64,000 nucleotides of DNA. It comes from Bryobacterales bacterium (GTDB lineage Bacteria > Acidobacteriota > Terriglobia > Bryobacterales > UBA6623). Within the stretch, counting starts at the first letter, position 1, and every line of letters begins with the position of its first letter. A model generated the notes under the pieces. The model was not told the DNA's origin. It was given only the letters and a program-made list of their open reading frames with translations, and ran no database searches. Positions 50,724 to 60,526 of this stretch are shown here, one piece after another. A program made the translations under genes and the position numbers. The stretch covers positions 3,397,303-3,461,302 of the forward strand of contig OZ244625.1 in the NCBI GenBank assembly GCA_965218555.1, written 5' to 3'.

Positions 50724-52547
50724 TTACTTCGCCGCCCGGCTCATCCCAAGCCGGCGGACAAAGAACGGATACAGCCCCAACGCAAGTCCAAAGAGCACGT
50801 GGCCAACGAGCATCGTCGGGAACGGTTGGTAGACAACCACCGCACTGCTCAGCAAGGGCCAAAGCCAGCGGAACGCCGCCAGATACCAGACCACGCCGAT
50901 CAACAGCCCCACCCACAATGACCGGACTGGCCTTGCAACGTACAGGATCAGAATCAGCGAAGCGACGACACCCACGACGCCCGACAACAGGACGTGCAGC
51001 GCGGCTCCGCTCACGGAAGCTTGCGAAAAGCCGACGCTGAGGGCGCGCCCCGGGAAGAACGTGGAACCGATCAGGTTGAGAATTGCCCAGGGCCCCTCGC
51101 CCCGGAATGTCGTCGCGAGTATCCAGTAGAGGAGAACGGCGGCACCCGCAACCACTCCCGTTTCGAGACCGGCCAGCAGCAGCCAAAGCCGCGCAACCGA
51201 GAAGCGTTCCCGGGGACGGTCCCTCCGCACGGCTTGTTTGCTCTCCGCCTTGCGGTACGACTCGTCCAGCAGCTCGACCACATGCATCACGCGCTGACCG
51301 CTGCCGAAGCGCTCCGCGCCGACGCGAAGTTGCAGCATGCATCCGGGGTTGGCCGTCACGATCGTGTCGGCGCCGGTCGTGCCGGCCATCTGCATTTTCT
51401 TCTCGAGCAGCGCCATCGACATCTCGGTGTGCTCGACGTTGTAGACACCGGCGCTGCCACAGCAGATTTCCGATAGCGGCAGTTCGCGGAACTCGAGCTC
51501 AGGGATAGCGGCCAGCATGGCCCGCGGCGGCGTCCGAACCTTCTGACCGTGCAGCAGATGGCACGAATCCTGATAGGTCACTCGCGCGGGGATGGGCGCA
51601 AGCTCGCGATTGAGCTCGATCCCGGCCAGGAACTCCGTCACATCCTTGACTTTGCTCGAAAATGCCTGTGTCCGCTCATGCCACTCGGGGTCGTGCTCGA
51701 ACAACTCCGGGTATTCCTTGACAACCGAGCCACAGCCCGCCGCGTTGGTGATAATGGCATCGAAGTTTCCCCTCTCGAACGCTTCGATATTCCGCTTCGC
51801 CTGGCGGCGCCCGATCTCGCGCAGGCCGGCGTGCACCTGCAGCGCCCCGCAACAACCCTGGTCCGGCGGAAGCGTCACCTCGCACCCATTTTTTTGGAGA
51901 ACCCGAACCGTCGCTTCATTCATCTGAGCGAACGAGATATTCGCGATGCATCCCGCCAGAAACGCGACCCGGTGGCGCGTCTCTCCTTCCGCCGGGAAGA
52001 CCTTGCCGACCTTGTTGAAGAAGAATGGCGTCTCGACCGTAGGGCTCAGCACCTCGATCTCCGCCAAACGTCCGAACAGCTTCAGAATGCCCAGACGCCG
52101 AACGAGCCGCTGCAGGCCACTCTTCTGAAGGACCCACAGCTTGTAGCCGGTGACCTTGAGCAGGAACGGGCTCGTCAGCAAGCGGTCGAAAACGAACCAA
52201 CGCAGCAGCCGCTGCCACCACGGCAGCCGTCGATTGGCGTCGATTTGCCCCCGCGCCGCCTCGACCAACTTGCCGTACTGCACGCCGGAAGGACAGGCCG
52301 TTTCGCAGGCCCGGCAGGCCAGGCAGAGATCAATGTGCTCGACATACTCGTCATTGATCGCCAGATTCCCATCGGCGACCTGCACCATTTGGTAAATGCG
52401 CCCGCGCGGCGAGTCCATCTCAAGCCCCAACTCGCGATACGTCGGACAGGCGTTCAAGCACAGACCGCAGTGGACGCAGCGGTCGAGGTCCTGTTGCAGC
52501 GGACGATCGTAGGGCGCGGAAAGGTCTTGGATGGCGGTGTCAGGCAC
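50724..52547 (-). CDS. glcF: GlcF-like glycolate oxidase Fe-S subunit fused to a C-terminal 4-TM domain
   Basis: CVHCGLCLNACP, SPRGRI, CLACRACETACP, two CCG domains, ANPGC. About 170 extra hydrophobic residues follow ELLDESY. Confidence 0.85.
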   Translation of the reverse strand: MPDTAIQDLSAPYDRPLQQDLDRCVHCGLCLNACPTYRELGLEMDSPRGRIYQMVQVADGNLAINDEYVEHIDLCLACRACETACPSGVQYGKLVEAARGQIDANRRLPWWQRLLRWFVFDRLLTSPFLLKVTGYKLWVLQKSGLQRLVRRLGILKLFGRLAEIEVLSPTVETPFFFNKVGKVFPAEGETRHRVAFLAGCIANISFAQMNEATVRVLQKNGCEVTLPPDQGCCGALQVHAGLREIGRRQAKRNIEAFERGNFDAIITNAAGCGSVVKEYPELFEHDPEWHERTQAFSSKVKDVTEFLAGIELNRELAPIPARVTYQDSCHLLHGQKVRTPPRAMLAAIPELEFRELPLSEICCGSAGVYNVEHTEMSMALLEKKMQMAGTTGADTIVTANPGCMLQLRVGAERFGSGQRVMHVVELLDESYRKAESKQAVRRDRPRERFSVARLWLLLAGLETGVVAGAAVLLYWILATTFRGEGPWAILNLIGSTFFPGRALSVGFSQASVSGAALHVLLSGVVGVVASLILILYVARPVRSLWVGLLIGVVWYLAAFRWLWPLLSSAVVVYQPFPTMLVGHVLFGLALGLYPFFVRRLGMSRAAK

Positions 52548-52675
52548 GCGTTCAGGACAAGCTCCTTAGTGTAGTACGAGCACCGTTTTTCGCTTGCAAT
52601 GAGCGGCCTCTTCCGTCATCCTACGGACACGGACACTGCCCCACCCACTATCCACGGAATGTTACGAGGAGCCCC

Positions 52676-53245
52676 ATGACGAAAACCCTGCTTTTGCGTT
52701 TGTTGATCATCGCCGCGCTGGCCTGGGCCTGCGGTCCACAGCCCGCCGCGGAGGAATCCGCCGGAGAGGAATCGTCCTCTTCTTCGGCCGCCGCGGTCCG
52801 AGGCGGTGCTCTGGCGCGCCTGTCAACGTTGGAGGAGAAACTCGTCGGTCTCGCGGAGGCAATCCCGGAAGACAAGTACACCTGGCGCCCCGGCGAAGGC
52901 GTCCGCTCCGTCAGCGAGGCGTTCTTGCACGTGGCCAGCGCCAACTACCGGCTGCCGAACATGATCGGCACGCCGCCCCCAGAGGGCATGGACTTCACGG
53001 ATTACGACAAGTCGACCAGCGACAAGGCCGAGGTTATCGCAGCTCTGAAGGCTTCCTTCGCCCACTACCGCAAAGCTGCTGAAAGCATCTCCGAAGCCGA
53101 TCTCGAAAACGCCGTGAAGGTCTTCGGACGCGACAGCACGAACGCCGGCGCCCTGATTACATTCAACGGCCACCTCAGCGAGCATCTCGGCCAGTCCATC
53201 GCCTATGCTCGCACCAACGGCGTCGTGCCGCCTTGGAACCAATAG
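52676..53245 (+). CDS. DinB family lipoprotein
   Basis: Lipobox AWAC, WRP..GVRS..E.F.H, H.SEH.GQ...Y.R.NG.VPP. Confidence 0.88.
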   Translation: MTKTLLLRLLIIAALAWACGPQPAAEESAGEESSSSSAAAVRGGALARLSTLEEKLVGLAEAIPEDKYTWRPGEGVRSVSEAFLHVASANYRLPNMIGTPPPEGMDFTDYDKSTSDKAEVIAALKASFAHYRKAAESISEADLENAVKVFGRDSTNAGALITFNGHLSEHLGQSIAYARTNGVVPPWNQ

Positions 53246-53296
53246 GCGCTCTGCCGCATCGTCAAGGCACACCGGCAGGCCGGGATCGGTCCGCTA

Positions 53297-53567
53297 CTGT
53301 TGAGGGAATGTTTGCGCGGCTGAGCCAAGCTCATCGCATGTCCGCAGCGTGAAGCCTTCGGCAGCTTGCTTCAGATGCGGTGGCCTCAGGCTGAATACAG
53401 CGGCTCGGCCTGACCGGCCTTGATCGGCTCGGGTCCGGACTCTCTCCGCATGACTCGGGGCGTGCCGCAATCGAGCAACATCCGACACGCTTCTGAAAAC
53501 GCCAGGATTGCGCCATCCGCAGTCGCCGGCAATGCCGGGATTTGAAAGCACTGATAGCCGTCTTCCC
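53297..53567 (-). repeat. Chimeric remnant: diverged copy of 55828-56014 joined to a copy of 57845-57930
   Basis: Direct alignment by eye to the aldolase 3' end plus downstream spacer, and to the sialidase FRIP region. Confidence 0.92.
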
Positions 53568-53703
53568 AAATCCTATGGAAAGAAGGGATTGGCGTACTCA
53601 AAGTCTAGAGACGCACTAGCGATCCTTCAGCAGCGTGGCCGGAAGACGGAGTCGGTACCGACCCCTTCGGACGGACCTTCAAGAATGTAGACCCAGCGCC
53701 CTC

Positions 53704-55400
53704 CTACGCCGCATACATCGTCGTGCCGCCGACGACGGTGCGCACGACCCGGATCTCCTTGATGCGGTCAGGGTCCACTTCGTGCGGGTCCTCGGCAATG
53801 ATCACGAAGTCGGCGAGCTTGCAGGCGGTGATCGACCCCTTCAGATCCTCTTCGAAGGAGGCGTAGGCGCCGTGGATCGTGCAGATGCGCATAGCCTCGT
53901 CGACGCTGATGCGCTGGTTGGGTCCCCAGACACGGCCGTCGAAGTCCTTCCGCGTGACCATGCTCTGTATCGCCATCAGGGGTTCGTAAGGCCCAGGCGT
54001 GTAGTCGGAAGCCGGCGCCACCGGGATGCCGTAGTCCAGGAAGGAACGGTGCGCGAACATCCACCGCATCTTTTCGGGTCCATACTCCACCCACTTGTTC
54101 CCGTGGTAGTGGACGTAAGTGTAGAAAGGCGTCGGAATCACGCCGAGATCCTTGATACGCCGGAGCAGGTCGGGGTTGACCAGCGAGCAATGCTCGATGC
54201 GGTGACGCGGGTCGGGACGCGGCCACATCCGCTGCACGCGTTCGTAGGCCTTCAACACCATGTCGATCGTGACGTCGCCGTTGGCATGGATGCCGACCTG
54301 CCATCCGTTGCTGTGCGCGTCCTCGGTCACCTCGTGTATCTCTTCCTGCGTCATCGTGAGGATGCCGTAGTCGTTTGGGCGGCCGACGAAGGGCGTGCTC
54401 ATCCGCATCGTGCGTTCCGAAGCCGAGCCGTCGGCCCCGTACTTGACGGCACCGATACGAAGCCAATGGTCGCCAAAACCGGTCCGGACGCCCGATCTCC
54501 GGAGGTTCTGATACAGCGCCGAATGCGGAAACAGGTACATCCGGAAACGCAACTCGCCCGCGTTGTAGGCGTCCTGGTAGGCGATCAGGTCGTCGGTCCC
54601 CGCGCCGGTTTGATGGACGGATGTCAGGCCCGACCGGGTCATGATCTCCGAGATCAGTCGTACGCCCGCTTGCCGTTGCTCGCGCGTGGACCCCGACGGA
54701 ATCAGCTCCGAGAAGACCTCTCTCGCGTGCTCAGCGACCTTGCCGGTCAGCTCGCCGTTCTCGCGATAGAACTTCCCGCCCTCTGGATCGGGCGTGTCCG
54801 CATGGACTCCGGCCAGCTCGAACGCCCGGCTGTTGTACACGGCCGTGTGTCCGCCCCGATGCCGGACCATGACCGGGTGGCGCGGGACGGCCTCGTCCAG
54901 GTCCGTCCGATGGAGCGGGCGGTCTTCGCGCAGCTTCGTGTCGTCGTATTTGAATCCGATCACCCATTCGTCGTCCGGCGTGATGGATGCCCGGTCGCGA
55001 AGCGCCTCTTTGATCTCGGCGACGGAACGCAGGTCGGCGTTGACGTTCACCAGCTCGGACACCCCGGCTCCGGACGGGTGCGAGTGCGCGTCGATGAAAC
55101 CCGGTGTCACGACCATTCCTTCGGCGTCGATGACCTCGGTCTCCGGTGTCGCCAGGGCCGGACGTCGTCGCTCGACCCGACAGCGACAAAGCGGCCGTTC
55201 TTCACCGCCAACGCCTCGGCGCGTGGGACCCGCTCGTCCACGGTAAAGATCCGTCCGTTGATGAGGACAAGATCGGGACCGGCGGAAACGCCCGGCTCCT
55301 GGAGAGGAATCGTCTGGGCCGGGGCCGGCGGCAGACCCAGGCCGAGCGCGGCCGTCGCGGCAGCCCCTGATTGGATGAATTCTCGTCGTGAAAGCGCCAT
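53704..55400 (-). pseudogene. Tat-exported amidohydrolase (Amidohydro_3/YtcJ-like) with a single frameshift
   Basis: [20 protein letters not shown] in one frame, continuing as [20 protein letters not shown] in another. One G is missing near 55158. HANGD, RIEH, ADFVI. Confidence 0.85.
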
Positions 55401-55527
55401 AGCAACCTCCCTGCGGACAATCCGGACTGCTTCGGAGTGAGCGGTGGACGTCCCCTGGCTTCGACACTGGTCAAAAACGTGGGGACGATCCTATAAAGGG
55501 AATTATATGCCTGGCTCAACCAAAGCA

Positions 55528-55826
55528 GGCTTTGTTCAAACCGTCACCTCGACGATTCACGGTCTCTCACGAAACAACCTGCCCGAGGGGTAGGAGTCGT
55601 ACTCCACACGAACTTCGCATCCCTCGATCGTAATTCCCCCGGTCAGGCCGGCGGGCCGCCCGTCGAGTGAGACTTCGAGCAAGTTCTGTCCCTTGACCGG
55701 CCGAACTTGCTCCAGATGATACTCGAGCTTCTGCCCTTGATAAGCAGCGACGCGCCACGGGAATTCACGCAGACAGGTCTCTTCGCTCAGCGACTCGCCG
55801 TTGAGAAACACGCCCAAGCGGTCGGC
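55528..55826 (-). repeat. Diverged copy of 58046-58343 (3' end of the GH-like gene and sialidase start)
   Basis: About 300-bp alignment with roughly 15 substitutions and 2 small indels. Confidence 0.93.
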
Positions 55827-55915
55827 TCTGTTGAGGGAATGTTTGCGCGGCTGAGCAGGCTCACCGCATGTCCGCAGCGTGAAGCCTTCGGCAGCTTGCT
55901 TCAGATGCGGTGGCC

Positions 55916-56917
55916 TCAGGCTGAATACAGCGGCTCGGCCTGTCCGGCCTTGATCGGCTCGGGTGCGGACTCTCCCTGCATGACTCGGGGCGTGCCACAA
56001 TCGAGCAACATCCGCCGCGCACGCTCACGGAACTTATCGCGGACATCGCGGGTCGGCGGCCGGCAACGGCTGGAAGCAAGGCCGACAAGCTCCATGCAGA
56101 GCTTGTCGAGGTAGCCGTCTCCGCTCGTGTACTGTTCCATCTCGCTCCAGAGCCGATAGAAAGGCATGGCCACGCACATCAGCTCTCGCTGAGCCTCCTC
56201 ATATCGGCGATCTTGCAACATCTCCCAGAGTTTCACTCCCCACTCGGGCCAGTGGTTGCAGATATGGACCTCGATGGCTCGCGCCCCTAGCATGTGACTC
56301 GTCACAAAACGTAACTGGTTGTCGATGATACTCAGCCGATCAGAAAATGACGCCACCACCTGCTCGAACTCTATGAAGCCGCTGTCGGGCGTCGCCCACT
56401 TCAGTCCGACAACGTTGGGGAGCTCGACAAGCCGCTCCGCCAACGACGCCGATACGCCGGTGCTCGTCCAGTAGGTGTTGTAGACGATGATGCCGACCTC
56501 GGCCGCGCCGGAGGCGGCCCGCGCATACTCCAAAAAGTCATCCTCGGTGTGCTTGAAGTAAAACGGCGGCGAGACCTGGATGTACTCCGCACCGCACCGC
56601 TGGGCGGCCTTGGCAAGCTGAACCAGTTCGCTGGTGCTGGTGGTCATCGCGCCCATGACGACGGGCACCCTTCGCGCGGCCTGCTCGACCACCGCCTCAG
56701 TCGCCGCTATTCGCTCGTCGAAGCTCATGGTCGAGAAGTCCCCGGCCGCGCCCGCCACGAGCAAAACACCCGTCCCGGTCTGAATGCCGCCGTCGATCAC
56801 GAAATCGACATGTTTCCTCATTGCCGGCAGGTCGACCGTCAGATCGCCGTCCCGGAACAGCGTCGGAATGGTGACGTAACAGCCGCAGAGCCACCGTCGT
56901 GCTTTCTCTCGATCCAT
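55916..56917 (-). CDS. Dihydrodipicolinate synthase / N-acetylneuraminate lyase family aldolase
   Basis: GAAGDF.TMSFDER, VSPPFY, catalytic YN and GLK. Confidence 0.88.
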   Translation of the reverse strand: MDREKARRWLCGCYVTIPTLFRDGDLTVDLPAMRKHVDFVIDGGIQTGTGVLLVAGAAGDFSTMSFDERIAATEAVVEQAARRVPVVMGAMTTSTSELVQLAKAAQRCGAEYIQVSPPFYFKHTEDDFLEYARAASGAAEVGIIVYNTYWTSTGVSASLAERLVELPNVVGLKWATPDSGFIEFEQVVASFSDRLSIIDNQLRFVTSHMLGARAIEVHICNHWPEWGVKLWEMLQDRRYEEAQRELMCVAMPFYRLWSEMEQYTSGDGYLDKLCMELVGLASSRCRPPTRDVRDKFRERARRMLLDCGTPRVMQGESAPEPIKAGQAEPLYSA

Positions 56918-56926
56918 CGTGGGGGG

Positions 56927-58057
56927 CTAAAGTCCGTCCTTTCCGTCGGTCAGCCACTCCAAGCTGAACCGGGCCATCGCGATCTGTGAATAGCTGTCGG
57001 CCTCGTAAAGGCACAGGATCGTCATATCGGGTGCGATCGCCAGATCCGAATAGGCCGCCGAGCCCGCGTGGAGCACTTTCGCGACGGGGAACGTTTCGCA
57101 TTCGTCGTAGCTCATGCGCACGGTGAGCTGCGCCCGCTCGGTGGGGCTCGAAGGATGAGCCAGCAGCACCCGGTTTTTCCCGTGGAGCTCCGCTCTCGTA
57201 AATCGAACAACGCTTCCCTGCACCGATGGTTCCGGCATGTCCTGGTTGAACCGGACGTCAGACCAGGTTTGCCCTCCGTCCTCGCTCCAGGCATAGGCGC
57301 GCCTGCGCTTTTGCTGCCGGCTGCGCATGTTCATATAGATTCTGCCGGCGGCGGTTTCCACCGACATCGATTCGTCGGAGAGGTCGCTTTCGAGCGGAGC
57401 GCTCCGTTGCCAGGTTGCCCCATGATCGTCGCTGTACATGGCGTAAGAGAACTGGACTTTGCCCCAGCTTGCCGGCCGCCACGTGCGTGGTCCAGGCGAG
57501 GTGTCGCCCCAGCTTGAAATCAGCAGTCTTCCCGACGAGAGTTGAATCCCATGTCCGGGACCGGCCCCGAGATAGCTCCAATTCGGATCGACAACCTGAT
57601 CGGTGATTTCGCGGGGCTCGCTCCAGGTCGAGCCGTTGTCTCGGCTCTTGGAGACAAACACTCGCTGATTGTTCTTGCAAAACACAAGAACTACATCCCC
57701 GGTTTCGCGATCCAAAACCGGAGCGGGCTGATTGACCGACAGGTCACCATCGTCAAAAAGCACTTCGAGAGGTCCCCAAGTCCGTCCTCCATCCCGGCTG
57801 CGCTTGAGAACCAAGTCGATGTCAGCATCGTCCCGGCAGCTATCCCGACGCGCTTCTGAAAACGCCAGGATCGTGCCATCCGCAGCCGCCAGCAATGCCG
57901 GGATTCGAAAGCAATGATAGTCGTCTTCCCCCGCCGAGAAGACGGTCAACCTCTCGACATCGGCAGGGACCTCGACGCGAGCATCCTCTCCCGCAGGCGG
58001 CTCACAAGCGACACACACCGCGACGGCCATCAAGACGGCTACGGCGGCTTTGTTCAA
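56927..58057 (-). CDS. Sialidase (GH33) family lipoprotein
   Basis: Lipobox VAC, FRIP motif, five Asp-boxes (SRDGGRTW, SRDNGSTW, SDDHGATW, SEDGGQTW, SYDECETF), AYSD. TTG start after GAGG. Confidence 0.92.
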   Translation of the reverse strand: MNKAAVAVLMAVAVCVACEPPAGEDARVEVPADVERLTVFSAGEDDYHCFRIPALLAAADGTILAFSEARRDSCRDDADIDLVLKRSRDGGRTWGPLEVLFDDGDLSVNQPAPVLDRETGDVVLVFCKNNQRVFVSKSRDNGSTWSEPREITDQVVDPNWSYLGAGPGHGIQLSSGRLLISSWGDTSPGPRTWRPASWGKVQFSYAMYSDDHGATWQRSAPLESDLSDESMSVETAAGRIYMNMRSRQQKRRRAYAWSEDGGQTWSDVRFNQDMPEPSVQGSVVRFTRAELHGKNRVLLAHPSSPTERAQLTVRMSYDECETFPVAKVLHAGSAAYSDLAIAPDMTILCLYEADSYSQIAMARFSLEWLTDGKDGL

Positions 58058-58082
58058 ACCGTCACCTCTACGATGCACCGTC

Positions 58083-59648
58083 TCACGAAACAACCTGCCC
58101 CGAGGGGTAGGAGCCATACTCCACGCGGACTTCGCATCCCTCGATCGTAATTCCCCCGGTCAGGCCGGTGGGCCGCCCGTCGAGCGAGACTTCGAGCAAG
58201 TTCTGTCCCTTGACCGGCCGAACTTGCTCCAGATGATACTCGATCTTCTGCCCTTGATAAGGAGCGGCGCGCCACGAGAAGTCACGCAGACAGGTCTCTT
58301 CGCTCAGCGACTCGCCGTTCAGAAACACGCCCAAGCGGTCGGCGCTGACGAGATTCTTGATCTCGAGTTGCAGAACGACCTGCCGAACTCGCTTCGGCGA
58401 GGCCGCGATGTCGTCCGCGATCAGAAAAGGAATGGGGTAGCGCCTGCCGGGATCGGCTTCCGTAATTTCGATGGGAAGCGTGGCGTCGTAGCCGAGTTCG
58501 GATGCTCGCTCAGAGCGGCGCCGCTGAATGTATCGCTTGCTCCCTTCACTGATCAAATCGGGATCACCCAACTCGGTCAGAATTCGGCGCTCGGCGTCAC
58601 CAAGAGGCCATTGCATAAACCACGCATAGATCCCATCGACTCCCCGAGCCCAATGGTTCGCCACCACGCCCCGCGCGACTTCCGGGGTCGCATAAATTCG
58701 TACCGGTGAACCCGTCGATTCGTCCTGTACATAGGGCTGCAGCATTCCGTAAACGGCCACGTCATGCTCGTGGGCCCTTTCGACCAGCCATTCGATGGGC
58801 ATATCCGGGTCAAGCGTGAAATCGATATAGAGCAGCGGGACGACGTAGTCCACCAATCCTTCCTCGATCCACGCGCCGACCTCGAGGCCCTGATCGCGGC
58901 ACATCTGCTGGGTCGGATAGACGCGAGCACCGATCTGCTTGTCTTTCCCCGATACGGCGCGGACCATCTTCGAGATCTCCCGCACGTAGTCGGTCAGCAC
59001 CGGTGTGTACTCCGCTACATCTTCCGGCCGCAGGCACAAAGGCATGCCTCCCGGAGCCGCCGCGAAATCCAACTCGACGCCCTCGGTGTCGTACTGCGTC
59101 GCCAACTCTTCCAGGACGGCGAACTGATGACTCCGCACTTCCGGATGCGCCATGCCTCGGCCTTCCGGCATACGAAACTTCGCATCCATCCCGCCGTAGC
59201 TCGACATGCGCACACTGGCGAAAAAATCCATCCCCTTCTCGTGCGCGCGGTCGACCAACACTTGCAGCGGATCAAGTCCGCGAGCCGAGAGACTCTGCAT
59301 GTTCTCCCAAGTGCGCCAGTAGGCGGCCATCGTGAAAGGCTGCTTGTCGGCCCCGAATTGCATGCCGACCTTCGAGGGATAGAAAAGACCGTCGCCTCGC
59401 TCAACGCCGTAGATGAATGTGTCGACCGGCGTGCCCGCCGCCTCGTCCACCGGCCGCCAGGCGTCTTCCATGGTCATGGGAGGCTCAAAAACAAAGAGAT
59501 AGTAGTGACGCGCGTCGTTGAAGTAGATGGTTCGCTTCTCGCGCTTCTCTGGTGAGGACTGCAACTGAGGAGTTGCGGCCGACGCCGTGGAGGTGGAAGC
59601 GGAAGCGCCCGCGAGACCTTGTACGAACCTTCGACGAGTAAAGCTCAC
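58083..59648 (-). CDS. Tat-exported glycoside hydrolase-like TIM-barrel protein (GHL10/DUF187-like)
   Basis: TRRRFV, DPL..LVD.AH.KGM.FFAS.RM, YD.EGVELDF, GVDGIY. GTG start after GGAGGAG. Confidence 0.72.
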   Translation of the reverse strand: MSFTRRRFVQGLAGASASTSTASAATPQLQSSPEKREKRTIYFNDARHYYLFVFEPPMTMEDAWRPVDEAAGTPVDTFIYGVERGDGLFYPSKVGMQFGADKQPFTMAAYWRTWENMQSLSARGLDPLQVLVDRAHEKGMDFFASVRMSSYGGMDAKFRMPEGRGMAHPEVRSHQFAVLEELATQYDTEGVELDFAAAPGGMPLCLRPEDVAEYTPVLTDYVREISKMVRAVSGKDKQIGARVYPTQQMCRDQGLEVGAWIEEGLVDYVVPLLYIDFTLDPDMPIEWLVERAHEHDVAVYGMLQPYVQDESTGSPVRIYATPEVARGVVANHWARGVDGIYAWFMQWPLGDAERRILTELGDPDLISEGSKRYIQRRRSERASELGYDATLPIEITEADPGRRYPIPFLIADDIAASPKRVRQVVLQLEIKNLVSADRLGVFLNGESLSEETCLRDFSWRAAPYQGQKIEYHLEQVRPVKGQNLLEVSLDGRPTGLTGGITIEGCEVRVEYGSYPSGQVVS

Positions 59649-60060
59649 AACTCCTCCTGAGACGTGCAGCCGATCACGACGTTCCGATTCTACCGCCGTT
59701 TCGATTTCCGTCAGCGGCAATGTTCCAGCGGGATAACGCACCCGGATGCTGTGAGGCTTTCAGGACGTGCTCGGTTTTCAATCCGAGTATAGCTCGCGAA
59801 TGTATCTGAACTCCGGTTACCGTTCAGGCAGGCGTTAGCCGAATAGTTCTTGTAAATGATTCATAAAAAATGACTTACTGTTAGTAGTCCGGCTATGTTT
59901 CCCTCGTTGTACGCCTCATTGTAAACGGGAATCTACGGGACCATCGGGGCCGCCCGGGGACCAAGCCACACTCATCTTCCGAGCGCTCCACTCCAGAAGC
60001 CCCGCGATTTCGTCTTCAGTACTTCCGTTTTGCAGCCGCATTCCGTAGTTACTGCGTTTC

Positions 60061-60173
60061 CACAACGATTGCACCAGAGATGCGAAGGTTTCCGCCGCGC
60101 GTTCGGTCAGTGCCTGTCGGGTCTCGCCCGACCGCAGAAGCTCGGGATTCGAGAAGGCCCACTTGAGCTTGAG
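60061..60173 (-). pseudogene. Short remnant of an MmeI-like (type IIL/IIG) restriction-modification gene
   Basis: LKWAFSNPELLRSGETRQALTERAAETFASLVQSL resembles the segment preceding the helical spacer of MmeI-like methyltransferases. Recognised from memory only. Confidence 0.55.
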
Positions 60174-60526
60174 GCACGCCACTTGGCGATGAACTCGTGC
60201 GGCGCCATGGGAGCATTCAGCCTAACCCATCAGAGCCGCAGCCAGCCAGGCGAGCCGAGGCCGTGTACCGGACGATTTCAACGGTCTTCCGGAGGAACAC
60301 CGAACAGGTATCCCCTGACGCCCAGCGTGTGACAGCCGTCCTTGGCTGCGCCAGGCATGGAAACGGCGCCTCGAACGGGTGGACTACAGCCCCGTTCGTG
60401 AAGGCCGGCAGCGGCCCATGAGAGTTGCGTTGACTCTGTCGTTCCTCTTGCTGCGTAGTGTGATATTGACCTCCTCCGTGCCCAAACCCATAATGAGCAC
60501 AGCACTGGAGGAAGGGGTATTCGGTC

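Noticed and set aside
53635-55440. 601-aa plus-strand ORF, and similar long ORFs at 10232-11758, 26441-27796, 46145-47323 and 3634-4740
   Set aside because: These are antisense shadows of clear genes in high-GC DNA and have no recognisable motifs.
55528-58343. Diversity-generating retroelement (TR/VR pair at a gene 3' end)
   Set aside because: Differences between the copies affect all four bases and include indels, so they are not adenine-specific. No reverse transcriptase is in the window.
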